A DNA stretch of 64,000 nt from Podarcis muralis. Lineage: Eukaryota. Positions 1-10,139 of the stretch are shown piece by piece. Made by a program: the position numbers and the translations under genes. The DNA lies in NCBI RefSeq assembly GCF_964188315.1, contig NC_135667.1, positions 13,082,001 through 13,146,000 of the forward strand, in the 5' to 3' direction. The notes below the pieces were generated by a model. The model was given only the letters and a program-made list of their open reading frames with translations, ran no database searches and was not told where the DNA came from. Position 1 is the first letter of the stretch. Each line of letters begins with the position of its first letter.

Positions 1-6
1 TATTCC

Positions 7-3000
7 ATGTCAGAGGACGAGCTGCAAGAACTAAAGGAGTTCATAGATCATAATTTGGAGCGCGGTTTCATCCGAGAGTCCAAGGCGGTGGGAGGCAGCC
101 CGGTGTTCTTCGTTAAGAAGCGGGATACGCCCCAAAAGAGGCTCGTAGTGGATTACAGAACCTTGAACAGTGTGACTAAGCCGTCGGACTTCCCCATGCC
201 CCGAATTGACGACCTCCTCGCAAAGGTGCGGAAGGGCAGAGTGTTCACCAAATTGGATCTGCGAGGTGCGTACAACCTCATTCGCATGCGGGAGGGAGAC
301 GAGTGGAAAACAGCCATGTTCACGCCACTGGGGACCTACGAATATAGAGTTATGCCTTTTGGATTGCAAAATGGCTCCCACGTTTTTCAAGCATTCATGC
401 ATCACGTGTTGGCGGGACTTCTCTACAAGACGTGCGTCTGTTTCTTAGATGACATCCTGATCTTTTCGGAGTCGCAACAGGAGCATGACAAACACGTCAA
501 GGAAGTACTGAACAGGCTGAAGCACCATAGGCTCTACGCCAAGCTGGAGAAGTGCCAATTTGACGTGACGGAGGTGGATTTTCTGGGCTACAAGCTGTCT
601 GACAAGGGGCTCGCCATGGACAGCGCCAAGGTTCGAGCGGTGTTGGATTGGAAGAGCCCGCGCAACCGGAAGGAGGTCCAACGGTTTGTCGGCTTTGCGA
701 ACTTCTATCGCAAGTTTATCAAGGGCTTCGCTATGCAGACGGCGGCCATCACTGACACGCTTAGCTCCAAGAAAAAGAAGTTCATTTGGACAGAGCAGGC
801 GGAACAGTCCTTTCAGGCACTCAAGCGTCTCTTCGCGTCGGAAGAGCAGCTGCTTCATGTCAACCCCAGCAAGCCGATGAGGGTGGAGACTGACGCCTCG
901 GACAGAGCCGTGGGGGCGGTCCTGCTGCAGAAAGACCCGCAGGGGGTGTGGCGACCGGGAGCGTTTTACTCCAGGAAGCTCAGCAAGTCCGAGCAGAACT
1001 ACACCATATGGGACAGGGAGTTGCTGGCCATTCATGCAGCGTTCAAGGCGTGGAGGCACTTTCTGATCGGCGCCAAGCACACGGTGCAGGTTTGCACGGA
1101 CCACAAGAACCTAGAGCACTGGCGCACGGCACAGTTCCTGAACCAGAGGCAGATACGTTGGGCTGAGTTCTTTGCGAACTTCGACTTCCGAATAGAGTAT
1201 GTCCCGGGGGACACCAACATCATGGCGGACGCTCTCTCCCGCAAGCCACAGTATCTGGAGGAAGCAACGCCAGCGGCCGCCATGCACATCTTCGCACCAA
1301 CAGTGTGGGCGTGCGCCGCGGCAACCGTGGATCTGGAGGCGGTGCGACGAGCGTTGCAAGGGGACTCCTTCGCGCAAGCAAAGATCTCAGAGGTGCAAAG
1401 GGGCAAAGCAGCGGCCGACGGTTTCCAGCTAAGAGATGGATTGCTCATCCGTAAAGGGGCCATCTACGTGCCGGGAGACGAACTTCGCGCCAAGGTGCTG
1501 CAGCAGCTGCACGACGCGCCCACTGCAGGGCACTTCGGCAAGGAGAAGACGGTGGAACTAGTAGCCAGGGATTTCTGGTGGCCTGGAATGAGAAGGGAGG
1601 TCGCGGACTACGTGGCGAGGTGTGACACCTGCCAGAGGGCGAAGCCAGTGCTTAGACCGCCGGCCGGACTGTTGGAACCGCTGCAAACTCCGGCCGAACC
1701 TTGGGAGAGGGTGGCCCTGGACTTTGTCACGGATCTGCCCAGCTCGAGGGGCAAGACGGCAGTGCTGGTGGTGGTGGACTTGTTCTCCAAGATGGCACAT
1801 TTCATTCCGTGTGCGAAGGTGGCCACGGCGGAACAAACCGCCAAACTGTTCATAGACCACGTGTTCAAGGTTCACGGTCTGCCACGGTCTATTCTGTCCG
1901 ACCGGGGGCGGCAGTTCATATCAAATTTCTGGCAGCGGCTGATGGGCTTCCTGAACGTCAAGATCAACCTGGCGTCGGCGAGACACCCGCAAACCAACGG
2001 GCAAGCAGAACGGGTCAATGCCATCATGCAGCAGTACTTGAGGTGCTATGCAAATCAACAGCCTGCGACGTGGGTGGATTACCTGCCGCTCGCCGAGTTC
2101 GCTTACAACAACACGAAGCACGTGTCCACGGGGGTCACACCGTTCTTCGCCAACAACGGGAGGCACCCCAGAACCTTCCCGGGACTGGAAAGGCTGGGGG
2201 AAGGGGAGCCGCAGACGGCAGATGCGTTCGCGTCGGAACTGCAGGAAGTCCACGATCAGCTGAGGCGCCACCTGGAGCTGGCCAAGCACGCATACAAGGT
2301 ACAAGCGGACAAACGCAGAAGGGTTGGCGAAGAGCTACACGTGGGGGACTGGGTCTGGTTAGCAGCCCACGCAGTGCCGGCCAGGTCGTTGGCCAAGAAG
2401 AAACTAGGGCATAAGCAACTGGGGCCCTATCAAGTCGAAGAGCAGGTCAACCCGGTGGCCTTCAGGCTGGCGCTTCCGGAGGGTTCCAGAATGCATCCGG
2501 TATTCCACAGATCGGTGCTCACGCCCTACAAGGCACCGCACAGGTTTCAGGAACCCGGAACGGCGCAGAGTCCGGCCAGAGACAGAACAGGGCACGCAGG
2601 AGTGGCACAGAAGGAGCGCATCAACGAAGTCACAGAGATTTTGGATTCCAGATGGGGGGAAGAAGGGGTAGAATACCTTCTCGCCAGGGAGGGCACCCCG
2701 GCCAGTGCGAACAGTTGGGTGCCGGACTACGCCTTGGACGAACCTCTGCTCAAAGACGAGTTTCATGCCCTCTTCCCACATAGACCGATGCCAGCAGACT
2801 TTTTCGACGACTGGCTTTTCACACCCACGCTTTCGGGCAGCACGTTCCGGGGGTTCGACTCTGACGAGGACCCGATACGAGACGTCCGTTCCCCGGAGGG
2901 GTCGCCCTCGGGATCTGCCTCAGAACCCTCGTATTGGTGGGACGACAAACCAGAGGAACAGTGGCGCAGGAAGTGGCAAGAAGGTCCAGGCCGAGCAACG

Positions 3001-3888
3001 CCGCCTGGAGGAAGCGAGGGAGAGACGGACATGGACATTTTCGGGGACGATCCAGGTTTCGAGCACGGCGGCACAGAGATGGAAGCAGAGGTGACCGTCG
3101 TCGACGAGAGAAGGGAGGAAGAACCGGAAGACTTCGGAGGGAGGCCCGCTACGGGAACCGAACGGTACCCGACATTCGTCTCCTTGAAGCAGCAGCACCC
3201 AGCTCCAGCACCGGAAGGAGGGGAAGGGGGAGTGGGGGGCTTCGAGGGGGGGATGGATGTCAGGGGTTCAGGAGCAGAGGCAAGGGCAAGGGAGGAAACA
3301 GAGAGCGAAGGGGAGGAGGCAGAAGAAAGGATGAGCGATGACGACGACCCGAGATCTCCGAGTCTCTCCAGTGAGTCGGAGGATTCACAGAAAGGAGCAC
3401 CAGTGGCCAAGGCAAGGGGGGAGTTTAGGGGGGCACCCCAGGGAGATAGAGCCAGAGGGGAATCAGAGGAGAGCAGTTGGAGATCGGGTCCAGCGTCACC
3501 GCCAGAGAGCAGGGAAGAGGAAAGGAGCCAGGGGGCAAGCGCTGGCAGCTCACAGCAGGAGGGAGGGCACGAGTCAGGGGTGGCCACACCTCCATCTGGG
3601 AGCGAAGAAACGGTTAGACGGAAGGTGGAAGGTTGGGCGCGCGCGCCAAGTTCAAATGCACAGGAAGGAGGCGCAGTAGGCAGCCCGGAAAGAGAGCCGG
3701 GTCCTAAAGCCCGGCGCAAGGAGACAGGAGAGTCCGGGGGGTCAGCGTCCGAAGAATCCCGGAAGGAAGAGACCCAGGGGGGCAGAGGGACCCAGAGAAG
3801 AACAGTCAGGCGGAAAAGGTGGAGCAGGGCTAGGATATTAAGTTGGTGTACGAGGGGCGGAGATTCAGACGGAGCTTCGCCGATCTAG
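7..3888 (+). CDS. pol: Gypsy Pol polyprotein (5'-truncated by window edge): RT, RNase H, integrase, chromodomain-like region, long acidic tail
   Basis: RT motifs KLDLRGAYNL, YRVMPFGL, CFLDDILIFS; RNase H TDASD, DRELLAI, TDHKNL, ADALSR; integrase HDAPTAGH..CDTC, LDF, SDRGRQF, GQAER, LGPY; chromo-like EILDSRWGEEGVEYLL..SWVP. ATG at 7 is probably internal. Confidence 0.95.
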   Translation: MSEDELQELKEFIDHNLERGFIRESKAVGGSPVFFVKKRDTPQKRLVVDYRTLNSVTKPSDFPMPRIDDLLAKVRKGRVFTKLDLRGAYNLIRMREGDEWKTAMFTPLGTYEYRVMPFGLQNGSHVFQAFMHHVLAGLLYKTCVCFLDDILIFSESQQEHDKHVKEVLNRLKHHRLYAKLEKCQFDVTEVDFLGYKLSDKGLAMDSAKVRAVLDWKSPRNRKEVQRFVGFANFYRKFIKGFAMQTAAITDTLSSKKKKFIWTEQAEQSFQALKRLFASEEQLLHVNPSKPMRVETDASDRAVGAVLLQKDPQGVWRPGAFYSRKLSKSEQNYTIWDRELLAIHAAFKAWRHFLIGAKHTVQVCTDHKNLEHWRTAQFLNQRQIRWAEFFANFDFRIEYVPGDTNIMADALSRKPQYLEEATPAAAMHIFAPTVWACAAATVDLEAVRRALQGDSFAQAKISEVQRGKAAADGFQLRDGLLIRKGAIYVPGDELRAKVLQQLHDAPTAGHFGKEKTVELVARDFWWPGMRREVADYVARCDTCQRAKPVLRPPAGLLEPLQTPAEPWERVALDFVTDLPSSRGKTAVLVVVDLFSKMAHFIPCAKVATAEQTAKLFIDHVFKVHGLPRSILSDRGRQFISNFWQRLMGFLNVKINLASARHPQTNGQAERVNAIMQQYLRCYANQQPATWVDYLPLAEFAYNNTKHVSTGVTPFFANNGRHPRTFPGLERLGEGEPQTADAFASELQEVHDQLRRHLELAKHAYKVQADKRRRVGEELHVGDWVWLAAHAVPARSLAKKKLGHKQLGPYQVEEQVNPVAFRLALPEGSRMHPVFHRSVLTPYKAPHRFQEPGTAQSPARDRTGHAGVAQKERINEVTEILDSRWGEEGVEYLLAREGTPASANSWVPDYALDEPLLKDEFHALFPHRPMPADFFDDWLFTPTLSGSTFRGFDSDEDPIRDVRSPEGSPSGSASEPSYWWDDKPEEQWRRKWQEGPGRATPPGGSEGETDMDIFGDDPGFEHGGTEMEAEVTVVDERREEEPEDFGGRPATGTERYPTFVSLKQQHPAPAPEGGEGGVGGFEGGMDVRGSGAEARAREETESEGEEAEERMSDDDDPRSPSLSSESEDSQKGAPVAKARGEFRGAPQGDRARGESEESSWRSGPASPPESREEERSQGASAGSSQQEGGHESGVATPPSGSEETVRRKVEGWARAPSSNAQEGGAVGSPEREPGPKARRKETGESGGSASEESRKEETQGGRGTQRRTVRRKRWSRARILSWCTRGGDSDGASPI

Positions 3889-4013
3889 CTACTAGACGTA
3901 GGGTTGCACGCAGCAGCTTGAGAATGGAAACTGTAACTCAATAAAGACTTTTACTTAATGACCGTTGGCTAGCGTGATCCTCTGTGAGCTAGGATCTTGA
4001 AGCAACCCTGACA
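3258..4013 (+). repeat. 3' LTR of the Gypsy element (~756 bp)
   Basis: Begins TGTCAGGG just after the purine tract and ends CCCTGACA (8-bp inverted termini); TATA-like GATATTAAG ~3834; AATAAA at 3940-3945. Confidence 0.85.
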
Positions 4014-4202
4014 CATACCAAACCCCTTCATCCGTTCCTCATAAGTTTTGGTTTCCAGACTATCTTTGTAGCCCTCCTCTGCACATGTTCCAGCTTGTCA
4101 ATATCCTTCTTAAATTGTGGTAATCAGAACTGGACACAGACTTCAGGTGACCAAGGCAGAATAGAGCAGGACTATTATTTCCTTTCATCAGGACACTATA
4201 CT
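4014..4202 (-). mobile_element. CR1-like LINE remnant (continues at ~10073-10160 beyond the L1 insertion)
   Basis: Resembles reverse-strand CR1 RT sequence (CAGAACTGGACACAG..GCAGAATAGAG..GGACACTATAC|TTCTGTTGATGCAG); contiguous across the L1 TSD. Confidence 0.6.
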
Positions 4203-4977
4203 CAGCGGTGCTGAGAGTCAGCTGCTTCTTCCGTGGAGTGAAGCCGCACAGCAGTTGCCGGAGAGCGCTGACCTTTTTCCTGTGACAATTCAGCTATTAA
4301 ACAACTACCCGTGAGTAGGTTAACTTTGAAGATCGGGATTTAAGGGGGGGGGGACTAATTTGGCACTGAAGCGGGAAGGTGCAAACAGGAAGTCCGCCTT
4401 CCGTTTCTGTAAATAGATCAAAGCGAAGACTGTCTAAGCTTAGACCCAGAAAATCGGGTTGGAAAAGACTTAAATCTTACATCAACGAAAAGAGAACTCC
4501 CTCCCTGAGGTGCGGGAGAGGGGAGGGAGAAGGGGAAGTACTTTCTACCCGCAAAAAAAGAAGAGAGAAAGGGAATAAAGACCATCACTTAATGCCTGGG
4601 AACGGACTGTCAAGGGACAATGGAACTGCCGTACTGGGAAACGCACTGCTAAAGGATAATGTAACTTTTTGACAGCTAACTCTGCAAGAGGGGTACTTTG
4701 TTTTGGAAGGGTCTCTCCTGACTTGAAACTGTTGCTCCTTTGGGCTAAAGGGGGGATTTCTGAAATTTGGAAAAGTCATTTTATTGTTACAAGTTGGAAC
4801 TGTTACTGTGTACCCCTAGAGGAACTTTGAAATTGCTACAACTGGCCAGGGAATTTTCCACTTTAAACTGGCCACACTAAAGGGGAATTTTCCACAATAA
4901 ACAAGTAATCGTGGGACTGACCTTGAGCCTTAGATAAAGTGTTATGGCAGACTTGACTCAGGAAAAAAACAACAAGA

Positions 4978-6006
4978 TTGGGCAAAATTAGACAGCAGCT
5001 GCAGCAGCGTAGACCGTCAGCACCTGGCCTCTCTGCCCCACCAGGGGAAGACTTAACCCAGGGGGCAGCTAAAGGAATGGCAGCTGAAGGAGGTTTAGCT
5101 CCAGCCCTAGATAAAATTTTTGAATCTTTGGAAAAGTTAAGCAAACAAGTGGCTGAAGCGACAACTAAAATTGATCAAAATACTTTAAGCATCAATAATT
5201 TGGGGCATAAAGTGAACTCAAATGCAGAATCTATGGAGAGACTGCTGCAGGAATCTACTTCGAATCGAAAAACAGCTGAAGAAGCCAAGGAAAAAGCATT
5301 GGCTGTAGAGGAAAAGATAGAGGAAAAGATACCACCGATATGTAGGCAGTTGGAGGATCACAAGTCATTGCTGTCTATGATTGAATTAAAAGAAAAACAG
5401 ATAAATCTAAGGATCATGGCTGTACCTGAACTCGAGAAAGATAACTTGAGTGAATTTCTCACGCAGGAATTTGCAGACTTTTGGAACTTAGGTTCAGACA
5501 AGATAGATTTAAAGATAGTAAGTGCCTTTAGACTTGGAAGAGGGGGGAGAAAGAACAGGGTGAGAGACTGTTTGATTACCCTCCGATCAAGAGAGGAGAG
5601 AGACAGAATATTGAGTCTGCACTTCCAGAAGACCTTGGAAATAAAGGAATCAAGAGTGGAGATATTTAAGGACATTCCTAAACATCTTTTCGATTTTAGG
5701 TCCAACTACGGTGATTTGGTGGCCCTGTTAAGAGGAAACAGAACCATTTTCAGGTGGGAATTCCCCCAAGGCCTATCCTTTACCTTTAAAGGGAAAAAGT
5801 TTAAAATAAGATCAGTGGAAGATAAAGAAAAATTTCTGAAAGATCACGGAGAAGACCTGCAAAAGGAAGCTGAAAAAGAGCCAGGAGCTTCAAAAACAGG
5901 AATACGAGACATAGTACCACTACCTTTGGGATTGGACAAGTTGAAGGTGATACCACCAACAGAACAAGAACAATTACTTGGCGCAGTAGGACGAAAGGTA
6001 AAATAA
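4978..6006 (+). CDS. L1 ORF1p (coiled-coil plus RRM/CTD-like RNA-binding protein)
   Basis: Heptad-rich N-half, NLRIMAVPE and IEIFKDIP/RWEFP motifs typical of L1 ORF1; first in-frame ATG at 5077, probable ancestral ATG at 4944 out of frame by one A. Confidence 0.85.
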   Translation: MGKIRQQLQQRRPSAPGLSAPPGEDLTQGAAKGMAAEGGLAPALDKIFESLEKLSKQVAEATTKIDQNTLSINNLGHKVNSNAESMERLLQESTSNRKTAEEAKEKALAVEEKIEEKIPPICRQLEDHKSLLSMIELKEKQINLRIMAVPELEKDNLSEFLTQEFADFWNLGSDKIDLKIVSAFRLGRGGRKNRVRDCLITLRSREERDRILSLHFQKTLEIKESRVEIFKDIPKHLFDFRSNYGDLVALLRGNRTIFRWEFPQGLSFTFKGKKFKIRSVEDKEKFLKDHGEDLQKEAEKEPGASKTGIRDIVPLPLGLDKLKVIPPTEQEQLLGAVGRKVK

Positions 6007-6013
6007 ATACACC

Positions 6014-9000
6014 ATGTCTCTGCAACTATTAAGCTGGAATATTCATGGACTCAATTCCCCGGAGAAAAGGAAAAAAGTCTTTCATTTATTGAAAAAGGAA
6101 CCATTGGACTTGATTTGTTTGCAGGAAACACATGTGATAAGGCTCCATAGGAAAGTATTGATTAATAAAAGACTGGGTCAAGAGTTTATTTCATTGGACA
6201 AGGTTAAAAAGAGAGGAGTTGTAATTTACGCGAAAGAGAGCCTATCACCGAAATTTATTTTTAAAGATGACCAAGGAAGATATGTGGCAATTGAAATCCA
6301 AACACAAGGAGAAAAAATTCTGATAGTAGGAGTATATGCACCAAATGAGGGGAAATCTGAATTTTTTAAGAAGTTGCATGAGACATTGTTAAACTATATG
6401 GATTACAACATTATCATGATGGGAGATATGAATGGAGTGGTATCCACAAATATGGACAAGTCGCAGAGACAGGTAGTTACCAAAGATGGCAGACTACCAA
6501 AAACTTTTTTTGAAATGACTGACAATATGGACTTGATTGACATTTGGAGAATAAAGAACCCCTTGGCTAGAGAGGGAACCTTCTTCTCTGAAGCCAAAAT
6601 GACATGGACAAGAATTGACCAAATTTGGATTACTAGAGGACTGGCACCTAAGACTCGAAAAGTGGAAATTTGCCCTAAAACCTGCTCCGACCATAACGCT
6701 GTGAAAATGGAGATGAAACTAACACCTACAGGTTCCTTCAGATGGAGGATGAATGACACCCTGTTTAGAGATCAAGAGGTTATCAAGAAGGCCCAAAAAA
6801 CCTTGAGAGACTATTTCAAGATAAATATGAATACCACCATTGAAAAAAGAGTAATCTGGGATGCAAGTAAAGCAGTTATGAGGGGGTTTCTAATTCAACA
6901 GAACGCAATAAAGAAGAGAACCCAAAATGAGAAAAAAGAATTTTTTTTGGAAAAAATAAAAGAGGGTGAGAAGAAACTGAGAGTGAAACCAAAGTCACAA
7001 GAGATTATGAGAGAAATAAAGTTATACCAAGTTCAATATATGAAGATGATGAATCAGGAAATAGAATGGAAAATTAAACAGATGAGACAAAGGACATTTG
7101 AATTGGCTAATAAATGTGGAAAACTGCTAGCTTGGCAAATGAAAAAAAGACAAAAACTTAACACTATTACTAACTTGGAAGTGGAAGGAAAGAACATTCA
7201 GAATCCAGTGGACATTAGAAAATGCTTCCAGAGGTACTTCAAACAGCTATATACACAAGGGCCACAGAAAGAGTTTGATCTAGACCAATTCTTAAAAACA
7301 AATGGATTACAAAAAAGCTCTCAAGAAAACAAGTTAATGTTGAACTATAAAATAACAAAACAGGAGGTGGAAGGTGCCATTCAGAACATGCAGCTGGGCA
7401 AATCTCCAGGGCCAGATGGCTTAACCTCCAAATACTATAGACCCTTGAAGGACTGGATAATTCAACCACTAAAGGAGGTTTGTAATGAAATCTTGGAGGG
7501 GGGAAAAGTGCCAGAGTCGTGGAAGGAAGCTTATATTACACTAATACCAAAAAATGAGTCTGAAAAGACGCAACTTAAGAACTACCGACCCATATCCCTG
7601 CTTAATGTGGATTATAAAATTTTTCCAGACATTTTGGCTAAAAGGTTAAAGAAAGTATTAGTAGAAGAGATTCACAAAGACCAAGCTGGCTTTCACCCAG
7701 GTAGACACTTGTCTGACAACACGAGGAATATAATTGACATTTTGGAGAAGTTGCAAGTGAATATCAACACTAAAGCAGTTTTAATTTTTGTAGATGCAGA
7801 GAAAGCCTTTGATAATATTTCTTGGAGTTTCATGAAGAAAAATCTTCAGGGGATGGGGGTTGGTCAAGGGTTTGAAAATGGTATAAGTGCAATATATTCA
7901 GAACAAAAAGCCAAATTAATAGTTAACAATGTGGTAACAGAGGAATTTAAGATAGAGAAAGGGACACGACAAGGCTGCCCAATTTCCCCATTGCTTTTTA
8001 TTTCGGTCCTGGAGGTTTTGCTAAACATGATCAGAAGGGATCGTCTGATTAAAGGTATACAGGTCGGGGCCAAACAGTACAAATTGAAAGCTTTTGCAGA
8101 TGACTTAGTATTGACGTTACAGGAACCAGAATCTAGTACCAAACGAGTTTTAGAATTGTTCCAAGAATTTGGACATGTGGCAGGATTTAAGTTGAACAAG
8201 TTAAAAACTAAGGTGCTCGAGAAAAATTTAACACCGATTGAGAAAGAAAGGTTTCAGAAGGAGACAGGTTTAACATTGGTTAAGAAAGTAAAATACCTGG
8301 GGGTTAATATGACAGCTAAGAACTTAAACCTATTTAAAGACAACTATGAGAAATGTTGGTCAGAAGTCAAAAAGGATCTAGAGATATGGTCAAATTTGAA
8401 GCTTTCCTTGTTAGGTAGAATTGCTGCTATAAAGATGAATGTACTGCCAAGAATGTTATTTTTGTTTCAATCATTGCAAATTCTGGACAAAATGGACTGT
8501 TTCAAGAAGTGGCAGAGAGACATTTCTAGATTTGTCTGGCAGGGCAAGAAGCCTAGAATAAAATTTAAAATACTAACAGATGTAAAGGAAAGAGGTGGAT
8601 TTGCCCTGCCAGACCTTAAACTTTATTACGAATCAGCAGCATTTTGCTGGTTGAAAGAATGGCTACTTCTTGAGAACACAGACATTTTGGATTTAGAAGG
8701 TTTTAATAATGTCATTGGGTGGCATGCATATTTGTGGTATGACAAGATTAAAGCACATAAAGCATTTAAAAACCATATTGTCAGAAAAGCATTGTTAAAT
8801 GTCTGGATAAGGTATAAGGACTTACTTGAAAATAAAACCCCAAGGTGGTTGTCACCGATGGAAGCAAAGGCTCAGAAAAAGCTCAATATGGAGGCCAAAT
8901 GGCCAAAATATTGGGAAATTTTGGAACAAGAAGGAGACAAATTGAAATTGTAGAGCTTTGAGAAATTAAAAGACAAAGTGCGAGACTGGCTTCACTATTA

Positions 9001-9750
9001 TCAAATAAGGGAGGCCTACAATTTGGACAAAAAATTGGTTTCCAGGTGGAAAAATCAAAATTAGAAACAGAACTGTTAGAACCCAAAACTAAGATTTTGT
9101 CAAAGATGTATAACTTGCTGTTGAAATGGAATACGCAGGATGAAACGGTGAAATCTGCTATGATTAAATGGGCATAAGATGTTGGACATAACATTATGTT
9201 TGCTGACTGGGAACAGTTGTGGACCACTGGTATGAAATTTACGGCATGTAATGCCCTAAGAGAGAATATTATGAAAATGGTATACAGGTGGTACATGACA
9301 CCAGTCAAGCTTGCAAAAATCTATCACTTGCCCGATAATAAATGTTGGAAATGTAAAGAAAACGAAGGTACATTCTTTCACCTTTGGTGGACGTGCCCAA
9401 AGATTAAGGCTTTCTGGGAGATGATCTATAATGAAATGAAAAAGGTATTTAAATATACCTTTCTAAAGAAACCAGAGGACTTTCTGCTGGGCATAGTCGG
9501 CCAATTGGTGCCAAAGAAGGACAGAACTTTCTTTATTTATGCCACAACAGCAGCAAGAATACTTATTGAAAAGTACTGGAAGACACAAGATCTACCCACT
9601 CTGGAAGAATGGCAGATGAAGATGATGGACTATATGGAACTGGCGGAAATGACTGGCAGAATCCGAGACCAGGGAGAAGAGTCGATGGAAGAAGATTGGA
9701 AAAAGTTTAAAGACTATTTACAGAAGTATTGCAAAATTAATGAATGTTAG
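6014..9750 (+). pseudogene. L1 ORF2 (APE endonuclease, RT, C-terminal zinc knuckle), disrupted
   Basis: EN motifs SWNIHGL, CLQETH, GDMNG, RID, SDH; RT KSPGPDG, YRPISLLN, DAEKAFD, GTRQGCP, FADD, KYLG; CWKC..H..C knuckle. TAG at 8951-8953, 1-nt loss in A-run 9029-9034, TAA at 9175-9177. Confidence 0.92.
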
Positions 9751-10139
9751 AATGATGTTGGATAGAAACTAAGTGGTTTTTAGCAGTAATGTTATGAACA
9801 TGAAAAACTGGATTATTAATAGGTAAAAATTTAAGGTTACAATAAATTATGATTAAAGACTAGGATCTACAAAGAGGGGAGGGATTTGCTGAATTAACAA
9901 ACTGAACTGGAATACAAAAAAGGGAGGCGTGAGGAGGTCCGGGAAATAAGCAAATGAAAGACAAGTAATGGAAAGAATGAATTGTTTTTAACCATTTTTA
10001 TTTTGTATTTTTCTTCTTTCTTTTTTCACTTTGTAATATCTGGAAAATCTTAATAAATATCTTATAAAAAAAAGGACACTATACTTCTGTTGATGCAGAT
10101 CTCTTGAACCTTTTCACATGTACTACTGGCAAGCCAAGT

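Larger units (their letters stand above)
1..4013 (+). mobile_element. Ty3/Gypsy chromodomain-bearing LTR retrotransposon, 3' portion (element continues left of the window)
   Basis: RT-RNaseH-integrase order in one open frame, purine tract GAGGGGGGGA at 3244-3253, 3' LTR with TG...CA ends; GC/CpG-rich and stop-free, consistent with a young copy. Confidence 0.95.
4203..10072 (+). mobile_element. Full-length L1-clade LINE (5'UTR, ORF1, ORF2, 3'UTR, poly-A)
   Basis: 13-bp TSD AGGACACTATACT at 4190-4202 and 10073-10085; AATAAA plus A-tail at the 3' end; two ORFs separated by 7 nt. Confidence 0.95.

Noticed and set aside
2763-3719. 318-aa antisense ORF across the Gypsy tail and LTR
   Set aside because: TTG start, low-complexity Ser/Pro/Leu translation; an expected shadow of a GC- and purine-biased strand
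4379-5144. Small ORFs in the L1 5'UTR as an ORF0 analogue
   Set aside because: Non-ATG starts or very short, with no evidence of conservation from a single copy
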